DNA from: Sphagnum compactum
Lineage: Eukaryota
Length of the DNA: 64,000 nt
Reading direction: 5' to 3'
Assembly: GCA_965153455.1 (NCBI GenBank)
Contig: OZ234493.1
Location: 3,162,001-3,226,000 of the forward strand
Part shown: positions 28,900-42,534 of the stretch, in pieces
Position numbering within the stretch: the first letter of the stretch is position 1
Layout of the letters: every line of letters starts with the position of its first letter
The notes under the pieces: model-generated
What the model saw: the letters and a program-made list of their open reading frames with translations, nothing else
The model's database searches: none
Told to the model about the DNA's origin: nothing
Position numbers and translations under genes: made by a program

Positions 28900-29276
28900 A
28901 TCTTGTAAAGTCCTTTTCACTATGGTCTTGCATAGCATGTTGTTCTTGCTCCCCTTTGCTTAGATTTTTTTGCAAGTGCAGTTGGGGAAGAACAATGTCT
29001 TGTAAAGTCCTTTTCACTATTGTATTGCATAGCATGTTGCTCATGCTCCCCTTTGCTTAGGTTTTTTTGCAAGTGCAGTTGGGGAAGAACAATGTCTTGT
29101 AAAGTCCTTTTCACTATTGTATTGCATAGCATGTTGCTCATGCTCCCCTTTGCTTAGGTTTTTTTGCAAGTGCAGTTGGGGAAGAACAATGTCTTGTAAA
29201 GTCCTTTTCACTATTGTATTGCATAGCATGTTGCTCATGCTCCCCTTTGCTTAGGTTTTTTTGCAAGTGTAGTTGG
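28900..29276 (+). repeat. Minisatellite, ~3.9 near-identical 97-bp units
   Basis: Unit tcttgtaaagtccttttcactattgtattgcatagcatgttgctcatgctcccctttgcttaggtttttttgcaagtgcagttggggaagaacaatg. The repeated minus-strand ORF starts at 29044, 29141 and 29238 confirm the 97-bp period. Confidence 0.95.
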
Positions 29277-32146
29277 TGACGTTGTGGTCATCTTGCAAAT
29301 TTTGGCATTGCTGTAACCTCCAACAATGATTAGTTTCAAGTGAGCTCTTTACCACCTTTGTCATTGTTGTGTTCCCCAAGTTTACAAGAAAACTACCCAT
29401 GTCGTTCCCTTTCATTTACAATTTTTGTAAGTGTAAGTCGTCACATCATGACCATCTTGTAACTCTAGATATTATTATGAGCTTTGTCGATGACATGTTT
29501 TAGGTGTTTTAGGTGAACTCCACCCCTTATCATTTTTCCTTGCCTTTGTCAAGTTCATTCATCGCAATGCTCTCGTTGTCTTGAAAGGTTATCAATTATG
29601 AAATATCTTTTCTATTTTAAAAACCTTTCAATATCAAATTTACTTTACACTACATAGGCAAGTAAATCAACAAAGGGTCCTTATAGGAGGTAGTAAAAAA
29701 ATATTGCATACTTCTTTTTCCTTGATTACCCATTTGCCTGACCAATATGTGTTTGGTGATGCCCATACACACATAGGGTTTGTGTTATGCATGTTTTTGG
29801 GCCAGTAATGGACATCTTAATGATCGGAGAATTTTTTGAGAATTGTAGTTATATATCAAAATCGATTCTCAGATTTTTGAGAACCATGATTATATATCAA
29901 AAGCCAATTTTTTGATATTTTGAGAATCATGAATAATAAATGTCATAGAAATTTGTCTTGAGAACCTTTGATTATTAGTTTCCATTTTCGAAAACTGCCC
30001 AACATTGGTCAACAATTAACACAACACTTGGTGAACATTCTAGAATTTCTTGCAAATGAAAACTAGGTTTCTTTATGGTGACTCAATCTTTTGATCTCTT
30101 ACAATTGAGGAATGGAAAAATGTTGCTCCAATTACAGTCTCTTCATTTCTCTAAAGGTTTTTCCAAATTTTTATAGTGACCCAATCTTTTGAATTCTTGC
30201 AAGAAATTGGGAATGGAAATGTTGCTTTACAAGTCTAAATTATAATGTTAGGATGAATGGAAGAAGTGCACAATAAAAATAGTAGTAATGCAAGTACCAA
30301 ATCTTTTTGCTTAAATATGTGCATTAGACAAAAATATAAATCTTGGGTGGATGCATATATACTTCCAAAGTTTTCAACACAATAGAGATATACATAATCA
30401 TAGGTTTGATTAATTGTGAACTGCATATTTTTTGAAGGAGATTTACCAATTTTTAAATTTGACATGAAATTGACATGTTATTGTGCTAAACAATGTGTTG
30501 ATTTCATATCCAATTTACTCAGCAATGAAATTTGTGTTCTGCACTGAAATAAGTGATCACAAATTTTCTTCTGAAAAGGTAACATATTTATCTTATGACT
30601 ATGGCCCATAGGGTTTAAGGTTTAGGCCCATTTGGTGCCACTACACCTTCAAACTCTTGTGAGAACTTTTTTTTGTCACTTGCATTTGTGAAACTAGGAT
30701 TTGGGTTGTAGACTAGGGTTTGATCACCTTGATAGAGATACAACAAAATCCAACCCTAAATCATGTTGGGTCATGGATCAACATATTGATAAATATGAAA
30801 TTCAACAATACTAATGATATCATTCAAATTGAATTATTACTCGAAAACTTGTTACTTAATTTAAATAGTTAATTGTGTTCAGATAACCATGGAATTACTA
30901 AACCCTAATGTGAACAGTACATGTGGTTGTAAATGGCTATAGAGTTGAGATCAGAAAAGAACTTCTATGTTTTAATGGCAAACATTAAAGTTTTGTCAAA
31001 CTTTAATGCACACAAGAAAGTTTGACAAAACTATGAACAATATTGTGCATTTACACATTTAAATGTTGTTGAACAATTTTTTGAATTCTCAAGAGGTGTG
31101 TAATTTGTTTTGGCATATGAAATTTGGAGAACAAAGGCAAAAAAGTTTCTAAATTTTGGGTCATTAGTTTTTGGGATAAACCCTTTCAAAATATATAGAT
31201 CAGTCAAGTTCAAATATGAATAATTGATAAGGAAATTCCTTTTGTAAGGTGGGATGATGCATAATAATAAAAAACTCATTGTTTTAATGTCACAAAATTG
31301 ACAACCTGCACTATTGAACTCATCCTCATTGACACCCACAAGTTGAACAATCAACAACAGAGTCAAGTTTATACTTCTAATTTCTAATTGAGCTTGTGCT
31401 ATCGTTGAAAACAACAAGAGCCAAAGTTTGTGTCATGTTGGGCTTCTAGTTGTCTTCCTTCAAATTGTCTTTCCCATCTCTATCTCTCTTTCTTTCTTTA
31501 TCTCTCAACATTGGTGTGGTCAAAATGTTTCATGTTATGTGAAACAACATGGAACTTCTCAAGGCTTTAACTAGTTTGGTAGATTTTTTTTGGGGGTCTC
31601 AATGCAATGATTTTTCAAGCAAAAATCCCAATACTTCACTCAATTTTTATTATATTCAAATGCCTATAATAGATGTGGTGATATGAATCCGAGAATATGA
31701 CCCTTTTACTCAAGCAATCTAGTCATTGGTATGTTGGTAGATTTGAAATATCTTTACTTGTATTAAATTGGGTCACGCTTCAACTTTGTTCATGTTGACC
31801 TAAATCATACTTGTGGAATAGTTCTCAGTACTACTTCAAGATATGATTATCGAGAATCTATTTCTCCTTCTATGTGTGTGCTACACAAGTCTTTGCTAAG
31901 GTCAATCCATTTGTCTAAACATTGAATCTTCTAGGTGTTGACGTTGTTACTTTATGATGTGATGAAGAAAAATGTTTAGATGATGATATGTGGATATTAT
32001 GTGCAATTGGCATATGTAATGGGCTAATTTGAATGGTTTACTTGTGCCATGTAAAGTAGGTTTTCCCTTATTTTAGCTCCTTTTCATTGTCCAATGCTTT
32101 GTTTTTTAGTTGTCCTAGATACTATATTAGTTTAGTATCTTGCTGC

Positions 32147-32659
32147 ATCAAAACGATTGGAAGTGGCGTACAACAGCTGCTTCAGAAGGATTTTAGGCAT
32201 GAAGGTCATGGACCGACACCGCCTCACTCACATCTGGGAGGTTTGCAAAGCCAAGCCATTGACCTTGCTGCTTAGGCAGCATAGGTTAAGATGGCTAGGT
32301 CATGTTGCCAGGTTACCGCAGGATAGGTACCTTCACATTGCGCTGCTAGCGCACTTGTAGGGGGCCCATTACACTCGCGGCCGTCCTCGGCATAGTTTTG
32401 CAGCCACTTTGAAAGGGGACTTTTTGGCAGCTGGCATACCAATTCATGGTGGGGAGTGGTATGAGTAGGTGCAGGACAAAGATTTTTGGCACACAATGGT
32501 GCAGGGACTCAAACTCGAGTCTCAAGCGCTGAGGCGAGTGCAGTTAGACCGTTCGTGCAAATGCAGGCTGACTTAGGTCTTTGTTGTGCAGTGTTTTGTG
32601 CGGCACCATCTAGTGTTGGCTACACTGCCGATATTGGTAAAGGGCCTAATGTAATGTAA
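32147..32659 (+). mobile_element. 5'-truncated RTE-type non-LTR retrotransposon fragment with (TAATG)n tail
   Basis: Translation EVAYNSCFRRILG...RQHRLRWLGHVARLPQDR...*GAHYTRGRPR matches the RTE/L2-group ORF2 C-terminus (RLRWxGHVxR, RGRP). The GC-rich island ends in taatgtaatgtaa (32647-32659). Confidence 0.8.
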
Positions 32660-35600
32660 ATTGACCTACATGATGTAAAAGCTTACAACCTTTGAGACAT
32701 GTGCTTATCACAATGGCACAATTTTTGACAACAAGTAAATATGTTATAGGTTTCGTTTACAAGTTGGTTACATTGTGTGAACTTGTACAAACTTTTCAAG
32801 CCAAAGTATTAAATGCCTTATTTAGACCTCAGTACTAAATTGGGTAAAGTTCTTTCTTGGCACTTGTTTGCAACTAGGTTGCAAAATATGTGAATTTTTG
32901 TCATATTGCCAAGGAATCGCAAAATTTTAGAAATGGGACTAGTATATCTTTTACAGTGGTGTCTATAAACTATAGTGTTTCCTTGGAGAGAAATAAGTGT
33001 GATGCATGTTCAAGCGCAATGCAATAATTTTTGGATTGTTTGTGCTGATCATAACCTTTCAATGACATTGATTTTTTGCCGGTTGAACATAATGGGTCTT
33101 TTGTTTATAACTTCTAAGGACTATGTTTTAATTGTCGAATTATCATGTCATATGTAGTTTCATGCAGTGATTATTGAGTTGTAGGGTTCCTTACACAAAA
33201 CTCCTTGGAAATACATGTGAATCTAAGTCATAAGTGGAATACTTGTTGACAATTTTGACTGGTGGTGATAGTGTAATGTGTTTTCCTACAATGTTTGAAT
33301 CATTATGTAAAGTGTGTTCAACTTCACACATATATGGGAAAATCTGAGTCTAGAAGAACAATTAAATATGTATCGCTAGCTAGGAGATGTTTTAAACCCA
33401 AATTCCAATTGTAGTCTGGTGATATTTTACCTTACCATGTGTATCAAAATAAATTAAAAAGTTTTCATAATGAGTGTTACCATGATTTGGCATGGAATTT
33501 GTAGTCAAAACTTTTATCCTTGAGCTACATGAAGCAAGATTTTCTTAAGAAAGGGACCTATGTATATTATTAATTGGCACGTGGTCCTTTCCTTAAAGGC
33601 AATTTTGAATCTAGAATTGAATTGCTTAGTGCCCAATGGTGGAACTTATTTGAGTTTTGGGGGCACATTATTTGCACATTCATGTCATACATAGTCTAAG
33701 AAGCAATCTTGTTTATTGAAAGGAACTATTATGCAAATGTTTGACATGTATCAAGGTTGATTTTGATCAAATTTTCATTAAGACAATATTTTTGGAATTT
33801 CTAGTTAATAATTGATTCCATAGGTGTCACTTGGACAATTTGGCCATAATCAACAAAAATATAATAAAATCCATAGTTAAATTTTGTGAATTGAATATTT
33901 TATGATGTGAAATTCCTTTTGGGTTCCCTAATTGTGACTAAGGCCATTTAGATTGACAATTTTATCTTGACATATTTGTTGGCTTGGAAAATCATTAAAC
34001 GTGACACCAATTTTGTTGAACATTATTGATTAAATGGTTTTTTTAACCTTAGGTTTATGGCCTACTTCACACAAGTGGGACACTTTCCAATTGTGGTGAT
34101 GGCATGCAACCATCGGCCCAACTCTTCATAATTGATGACGCAAAAGCCACAACTATGGATGACCAGTTTGGTGCAATAGTTGAGTTTTGTTCCACTGTGG
34201 CCCTATGATGCTTTCAATTTTCCACTATGGTCTTAATGGATGGATTGAGCTTAAAGAATGTTTCCATTGGCTAAAATGTTAAAGGATTTTGGGACATTGA
34301 AAGCCAAGGTATTTCACCTCTTTTCCAAAACATGCAAAGTGGACTAAGAAACACATTAGTTAGTATTGCGGCCCCTTGAACTTTATTCTTCAAGCTGTTG
34401 ATGCACACTATTTCTTTGGTCACCTTAACAACTTTTGGAGGTGCTTAGATTGGTGATCAAGACCCAAAGGGAAACAATGCAATCGATTTGTGTCTTTGTA
34501 CACAACATGTATACAAGACCCACAAGACACCCAAGTCATCTTTATTTGTTGTGTTGAATTTAATACCACTTTAGACTACAAGCAAAGACTAGAATAATGA
34601 AAATCAACTACATGTTTAGAACAAATTCACCCATACCCAATATGTGGGTCTCTACTAATAGCGTCCATCACATCCATTGGAATAATGTGCAAGTTATTTC
34701 CCCAGTCCCATTCATAAACATGAAATCTTGGACATGGAATGTAATGTGAGAATCAATTACATGCCACCACATGGCTTAATCATAATTATTTACCAACCCT
34801 TTGGAAATAATTGTATCTTGCACAATATATTTACAAGTCCAATTTTAGTTTCACATTATTTAAAATGTGAACTTCATTCAAATTACTACTTAAAGGCCAT
34901 TATATTGTTTTGGTGGACTTGCTTAAAGATGGACACTATTTTTGCAACAAGGGCATCCTAAGTTTCAACTAAAAAATGAACCCATGTAATTTGAACAACC
35001 AATTTGGAATTCATTGGACCAAGATTACAATGAATCTATGTGTTGATTTCAAATTGTAAATTGTGACCTATGTCATAGGGTGTGAATTCAATGAACATTT
35101 TTTGTGTTATTGGTCTTGGTTTTGGTCAAATTGGGTTAAAACCAATGTTGGCCAGTTATAGTGTTTAGGTCTTCACCCCTGAATATAAATAGGGCATACT
35201 TTTTATTTATTTGTTGTTGAAGGATATGCATATGAATTTTCAAATTTTTACTTGTAAAGATGATTATGCATCAAGGAATCTTTTTAATTAATTGCTAGTT
35301 ATGTATTTGTTGGTTTTGAAATCAATGAAAGATGTTGATAAGTTGCAACAAGATTTTTAATCTCCATAAAAAAATAGTAAACAAACAACCCTACAACATC
35401 AACATGGATAGAAAACAAATAAAAAAAGGTTAATTTGAAAATGGAAATTTTTTTGAAGGTGATTTACCTAATCATTGTCAACCTTTAGTTCTTTTGTAAA
35501 TGGTCTGTCCACACTTAAAGCTAAAGCAATGGTAAACCAATGTTCGAAAAATGGCAAAATATAGCCATCCACACCTAGTGTTATTGATAACACCAAAATG

Positions 35601-36329
35601 GACATGGCGTTGATGTAGCTTTGACGTGGCAACCATTGTAAAACAATGTTACAAAAATGGTAAAATGCAAAAAAATTGCCATGAAAGAATTTTTGAAATA
35701 CATTGAAAATGAATTGTTAATTTTCCTGGTTGAAAATCGACCAAATAATTTTGTGTTAACTTAAATTTCACAAAATTGATGCCATGTTATTTCATGCACA
35801 TTCTTACAAAACTTTTTGGCACTTCACAAGTACAAAATTTCAAGAGAAATCTTCAAGAGAGATTTTTGCTACAATAGCTTCACAACACCTTTAACAAAGT
35901 TTCATGACATCATGCATTGGAGAACATCACGACACTGTGATTTTTTCTCAACTTCGTGACCCTCACAACACTGCACATTACAAAGCTTTGCAACAACGTG
36001 TTCAACATGTCTTAACAAAAAGGTGTCAACAACTTCCTCTTGAAATCCAACAACACATAAACAATGAGAACCAAGGTAGGTGCATGCACTTGTTATTCAT
36101 CAATTTATATGGAAAACACAAATCTGAAAATGAATTCAACTTGCTGACATGGAATTTGTGGAAAGATCTTGAGATTCAAGTATTGAAGATCATCGTAATA
36201 AAGGTCATGGATCACAAAATTCAAGAAAAAGTTGTGGATCACAAAGGGGAACTAGAGGAGGCAAAATCCAGAGACATATGAAGGAGGTTGTTGTTGAACC
36301 AACATTAAATTCCACATGACCCTCAACAA

Positions 36330-37340
36330 CCAAATTGGGCATACCAGGAAGTCATCGCATTAGTTTTACAAAAAAAAAAGATGAATTTGCAATAGGATTG
36401 GATGTGGTAAATCCGAGGGACCAATTCAAGATCACAACCTCCAAATGGCACAAGATTGCAAATGCATTGAATGCAAGTGGACATTCACCTCTACTTCAGA
36501 ATGGTGTTTCATGCAAAAACAAATGGGGTGCACTTTATGGAGATTTCAAATACATGTCCTTGACAAGAAACAACACATCATACTGGGATTTCACACCACA
36601 AGAGAAAACAAAATAGAATGTCCTTCGACATTACAACAAGGTCATTTATTAGATGATTAATGCATTCACGGGGGTTTGGCCAATATTGTGCCCTCTGCAA
36701 GAGCATGATTTCATGGCTTCGAACAAAAATGTGTTATTGCAACCATATTTTGATGCAAAACCAACTATGCTATTGAGTTTTCCTTACATTTCACCAAGGA
36801 AAAATGATATGGTGTCATGTACACCACCAACACCTACCAAACCAATTCCAAACACACAAACAATACATACTCCAATACATACGCCTCCAACACACATTCC
36901 TCTAGCACTAAACACTAGTAAAAATTCAATACACATGGAAGAATTTCAAGATTCCTTGAATGATGCCATGCATGAAAACAATTCACCAACAAAGACTTTA
37001 ATGCATTAGCAAGAATTTTCAAACCTCCTCCTATTGTTGGTCAAGGAGTGCTTGGGAACACATGCATTAAATGAAAGTATTTTATGGCAAACAACAACAT
37101 GGTGGAAGCAACAAAAAAAAACACCAAGATGCCGGTGAAATCAATAAAAAAATCAATGGAGAGTAATCATTTTACTAGTTCAAGAATTGAAGAACTTCAT
37201 CAGAAAGGATAAACAAACTTCAAAACCAACAAATCAAATATTTCAAACTTAGATATGCTAAAATCAACGCACACAAAAAATCATGGTCCAGGCAATTTTT
37301 GGGCTAACTCAAATCATGGGAATGATGTACACAAAAGGGA
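36330..37340 (+). pseudogene. Harbinger Myb/SANT (trihelix-like) DNA-binding protein remnant
   Basis: NWAYQEVIALV...KWHKIANALNASG...SCKNKWGALYGDFK, then a Pro/Thr-rich linker; frameshifts and stops are present. Confidence 0.8.
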
Positions 37341-37679
37341 ACTAAAATATCAATTTTGATCATGTTGTAAAGGATCATGAGCCTATAAAACAGGGGGACA
37401 AATAAATGGTTTGAAGATTAGATCATGTTATAACATTTCCCAAATTTCAATTATATATTTGAATTACAGATTTCAATTGTAGATCAGATTTCAGCTATAG
37501 TTTTCAATTACATACGTAAAATTTCAGCTACCTGCATATACATGTACTGCATAAAACTATGCCGAAAATTGTGAATAAGACAATGTGTTCAAATTTGTGT
37601 ACTTGTTCATGCTCATTTGAATCTTGATTGACATTTTCAAACCAAATTCCTTTGTCACCCCAAGTAGATTTCTAGCTCA

Positions 37680-38770
37680 GCACATGAATGTTCACTAGAA
37701 ATTTCTTGTCCTTCAATGTTTTCTTCATGGTTTTTTGCTTGATGATTTCGTTTGTAGTCTTACACAATAGAATCTTCTTGTAGTAGATTCAAGATTTGTT
37801 TCACGTTGATTTCATGACGCCCTATCAGAAGGTTATGCAACAAACGACAATAAACCAAATTTGGAATTTAAAAAAAATGTAATTCTATCTTCCCTTGTAG
37901 CTCATGAAAGGTCTTTTTGAAAATGTCGAATGCATTTTTTACAACTGATCATCCTCATCTATGTTTCTAATTGTAAAGCATATCAAGAATGTTTGTTTCT
38001 CCATCTCTATGTGATGTCATCAACCAAGATATAAAGGATACCCCTTATTTCCCAACAAGTAAAGAGCAGAACCATCTTGACCTTTATCTGCATTAAATAG
38101 TCCTTGTTGTTGAGCATTAACATAGAGCCCAAATTTTCTAAGGACCCTTGAGTCATTGACACATTCAAAAAATCCAATAAACAAATTAGTGTACAATATT
38201 TTTGTCATCTACAATAGCTTGACACACAATGTTGTCATCACCTGTTATGTGATAAAGATAATCTTCCTAAAAGATCCAACAAACTTTGAAATTGAAAAAT
38301 GCATACCATCTATGGCCCCTTGAATGTTCAACAAATCACAAAAGCTTTTGAAACCTTGCATTACTACTTGCATCTTGTTTCCAATAGGCTAAGAAAATAT
38401 TTTATTGAAGACAATGTTGATCCCAATTATGAATTCTCTAAAGACAACCGATATTGTCAATCGACCAGCAACAAACAATTCATTGCAAATCAATAGGTTG
38501 CAACCTTGAAAAAATTTGTATAATGCACATGCCACTTGAACTTCAATTGGAATTGTGAATCTATATTGTGTGTTTTACTTTTGAATCAAAGGCTTCAAGT
38601 GACAATATCAAACAAACTCTACTTCTTCATATGAAAAATTTGGGGCCAACGTTTGACATCATATTCTGTGAAGAGGAAGATTGAAAACCATGTCATTGAC
38701 CTTGGTTTTGCCCAGTGTCCAAGCTCTGTTTAAAATAGTCCCATGTTATAGGCAAGCCAATGCTAATGCA
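37680..38770 (-). pseudogene. Harbinger DDE transposase remnant
   Basis: WAKPRSMTW near the N-terminus, NDSRVLRK (HDxxvL-type) and YLLGNKGYPL (DxGYPL-type). Confidence 0.8.
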
Positions 38771-39831
38771 GACACATAGATGTCAATAGAAAGTAAAAAG
38801 TTGGTGCTACAAACACATGTTGTTGGAAAGCTACATCTAATGGCAACAAGATCCCTTGCAGCAACTTTATCAAAAACATAACAAATGCTACATAAATCAC
38901 ATTTTTGAAATCCATTGAACCGTAACAATTCAAAGAAGGAAAATGAAAGAAGAAAGCAATGTTATGAAGGAGAGTGTGAGGATGAAAAACAATGAGCAAA
39001 ACTTGTGAATGAAGAAAAAAACAACGAAAGCTATAAAATGAAGATTATCGAAACTTTCAAATGAAGATGAAATGGCACATGGTCAGTGAACAATGCTGCA
39101 CAATGATGAGATTCAAAACTTTGGCCACTACTTTAATTTTAGGTCTAAACACAACTGTTTGCTAAAGTAGATATAATTTAGGTACACTAAAATTAGACCT
39201 AATTTATCTTTAGGTGTGGATAGGTGTCAAAAACACATTTTATAATTAACATTTTGATAATTGTTAATGGTTAAGTAACATAAACCTTAATGCTAGAGGT
39301 AATTATGTTTTCTTAACTAACACCAAGTGCATTTGGAGCATAATTGATGGTAATTATCATCATAAGGAAAAATAATCAAATGTTAATTTTGGAATGCAAA
39401 TGTTACTTGACAATAGTAAAAATAATTAGAAGTTGAGACAAGAATATAATTCCAATAAGACATTATTCAAATTAAAAGGTATAAGGTGATTGACATGAGC
39501 TTGAATTAAGAGATATGGAGATTTTGATAGAAGTTTTGAATGTAGGAGGAGATGAAGTGTGTGTGACACTTATGAGGTAAGACCTTCTAAGTTCCTTCTT
39601 TTATTCCTTGACTTTTTTTCATGTTCATTTTATTCTTTTTTTGCTTTCATTTTCTTCTCATGTATGTAATTCCTTGTTAGGTTTAAGGAGAGACATAAAA
39701 GACTAAAGGAGGGGGGAAAATATATTTGTGTGAAGAAAAAATGGAATGAGAGATGAAAGGTCATGTTAAGTCCTTTTTTATTGTTTGATTTTGCATTGAT
39801 TTCTTGGATGCAATGATAATAATTGGTATTA

Positions 39832-40065
39832 GGCCCACTTTACACCAAGAATCAAGGTCAAAGTTCAACTCAAATTGAACATTCGTATTGGTGCATTCAT
39901 TAAAATTAACCCTAAGAGCTTTACACTAAGAGTCAAGGTTGAAACATTAAAATAAAATTTAATCTACCATTTTATGGCCTTGGATTGGCCCCAAGACTAA
40001 AACATGATACTTATCAATTTGGGAGGCCAATTTGCAACCCTTGGGGCCAATGTTATAACAATAAA
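39832..40065 (+). mobile_element. Partial Tourist-like MITE, homologous to 57961-58278
   Basis: Starts ggcccactttacacc and shares gccccaag..aatttggga.gccaatttgcaacc...gggccaatgtt with the 58-kb copy. Confidence 0.55.
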
Positions 40066-40711
40066 ATATTATTTTTTGATAAAATCCACACCATAGGATC
40101 AAATTAAACCCTAAACCAAACCCCTTATCTTCTCCTTCTGTATTTCATCTTTCTCCATTTTGTTATTTTGTTATTGAACTTTTGTGTTTATTTATGAATA
40201 ATGGAAAGAATTTTTGAATTTTTGACTTGGGATATGGAAGATGTTGGAATGTTTCATGAAAAAAATGTGTCAAATGTAAATCTTCATTCATTTCAACCCT
40301 TCAATTCACCTTTTCAAAACTTGTAGCTACAAAGGCTAATCTACCCATTTTGATTTCAAATCATATTTTTCCAAATAAGGAGGCACTACTAAAAATTGGC
40401 CAAAATGTAACACTCTATTTGTAATTACCTTTGGACATTTTTGTAATTATTTCTTGTGTTGATCATATTTGCAACCACAGTGTAATTAATTTATGATTAT
40501 TATGGTTTTCATCCTTCCATGTGAACAACATTTTTTTTTTCATCCAAGAAAAACAACTTATGTTCCATTAGTCACAAATGTGACCAATTTAGTCAAAACC
40601 TTATGAGTATACAAATGTGTATTTTGTGTATTTTAAGTGGGTATAGTTGGGTATATTCGTGTCGCAACCCTAACATCGGGTTTGTGATTAAGTGTGGAGT
40701 TGTTTGCTTTG

Positions 40712-41630
40712 TTATCGCATGCTTGCATTTGTCTTCAAATGTTTTTTTTCCTTTGCATTGCAAACTAGATTAGGCCTCCCCCATCTACTAGTTATTGGAT
40801 TGTCACATTACATCTGTGGTCAGTCGTTAAAACCCTATAGGGATCTACCTCCTTTGTTGCACCCATGGTGGGAAGAGTATTGCATCTCATGATGTCGTGT
40901 AGGATACTTTTGCATTCATCACAAGAGATGTCAAATTTCATGTTTTGCGAGAACAAACCGACATTCTCCCGTCACCTTCCTTTCAATCTTCTCGTTGGTG
41001 GGTCAACATTGTTTTGTTAGTTGATAACATTTGCACATTGGCTGATGTCATCATTGCCAACCCCACTCAAGCAAACTTGGTATTGTGGTCGACTTTTTCT
41101 TGTGGGGTGGTCATGTCTTTAGTGGTTCAAGTGAAGGAAAGACTTTGTTGCGATCATTATCCAGTGGATGTGTTTCTCCCTCTTGCCAGAAAGGTTTATA
41201 GGTGCCTTCACCAACATGCCAACAACTTTCTTTATCGATGTGCTAACATGGTGTGGTCAACAAATGACGCTACATGCCTTCCTTTATTAATGTTATGTTC
41301 CATTTATAAATAGAGAATATCGATAGCATTATAGATAACACATGCTACCACTATTTGGAGATAGGCTATCAAGATAGGCTATTAGTATAAGGGAAAGTTC
41401 TTCTAGGCTTGGAGTTTTATCCGGTTACCTATCCTTTCTTTAGTTGATATGCTTCATGCGACTAGTGGAGGGTTGGACTTGTAGTGGTTCCCTTTCCTCC
41501 CCTCCCGGTGGCCTAGCTCTTTTGGGCTGTTTGTTTGCTTCGACTTTGGTCCTTGCCCCTTTGTTTCATTTTCTCTCCCTTGCTTGGGTGCTTTCTTTTG
41601 ATAAAGTTTGGCAGGGTTTCATAAAAAAAA
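40712..41630 (+). mobile_element. 3' fragment of a CRE-like (RLE-encoding) non-LTR retrotransposon with poly(A) end
   Basis: FALQTRLGLPH, a degenerate CxC...HLLCC..HD zinc finger, and a restriction-like endonuclease pattern (TLADVIIANP...KE...FLPLA), followed by a 3' UTR ending ttcataaaaaaaa. Confidence 0.7.
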
Positions 41631-42390
41631 CAACCCCAAAACAATCCCAAATTATTTTTCAGAATCACAAAATTACACCTTATATGTACCTATGATACAA
41701 GGTCCAACTAGTTTAGGCTTTACATATGGATCTTTTTCACACTACCAATTGCTGATATTTTGTACCTACCTAGCCACCTAGCTACCTATTGAGTGACCTC
41801 CTGTCCTAGTATATGTTCCAACTGGCAGAAATTAAACAGCAGCGGGGCACACACAAACAACAAGACAGGTTGGATGCATTTTTGAGAGAGTGTGAAAAAG
41901 CAGAGGACAAATTTAGCAACCCATCACAGCCCCATCTCTCAGCAGCAGCAGTTTCTATCCACAAAGCCCAGGGAGTCACCACAAATTTCAGTTCACTTCA
42001 GTTCACTTCAGTTCGTGAAAATAATTTTCCAGCAGCAGCAGCGGTTGTTTCTATCCACAAGTGCCAACTAGCAGATCAGTTAGTCTCGATCGGTAGCCAA
42101 GTTGCTGTGAATGATCGGATAGCTAGTTTTCAATATTGGAGTGGAGTGGATTGCAAGTAGCTGCAATCCTCGACATTTTGATGGAATTTTTGGGAGTAAT
42201 CTCTTTTGGGTTGAGTTTTGGAAATGGGTCATCCTCATCAACAACAACTACCTTTTGCCTAGTTCATTGGTTGAACGAATTCGCACCACCTTTCCTGATG
42301 GTGTCATTGGCTAATCTTCTCATGTGGTCGTCACTCGTCCTGCCAGCTTAATTCTTCCTCGGTTTCTGTTTTACTAGAGAGAGTAGCTGC

Positions 42391-42397
42391 TATAAAA
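42391..42397 (+). promoter_or_regulatory. Putative TATA box of the LHCII gene
   Basis: tataaaa about 140 bp upstream of the ATG, followed by a pyrimidine-rich leader. Confidence 0.6.
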
Positions 42398-42534
42398 CTT
42401 GCCTCTTCTTCCACATTCCTACTCACTTCATTGCCATCCACTGTTCCTCGTTGCAACTTAGTTTTTGTGATCTCGCGCTCTTCTAAGTCTGCCGGCCAGC
42501 TCGCACCTTGGTGTATAGTATAGTCTCTGACGCC

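Larger units (their letters stand above)
35502..39225. mobile_element. Degenerate PIF/Harbinger DNA transposon with both TIRs and two convergent ORFs
   Basis: TIRs ggtctgtccacacttaaag (35502-35520) and ctttaggtgtggataggt (39208-39225). Myb/trihelix ORF on + and DDE transposase on -. Confidence 0.85.

Noticed and set aside
28814-29238. Three similar short minus-strand ORFs
   Set aside because: Artefacts of the 97-bp tandem repeat.
30600-34950. Decayed coding-like DNA around the RTE fragment
   Set aside because: Probably an old transposon, but no diagnostic motif could be read.
40660-40700. Possible LTR start (tgtcgcaaccct...)
   Set aside because: Only ~40 bp, with no partner LTR, PBS or PPT in the window.
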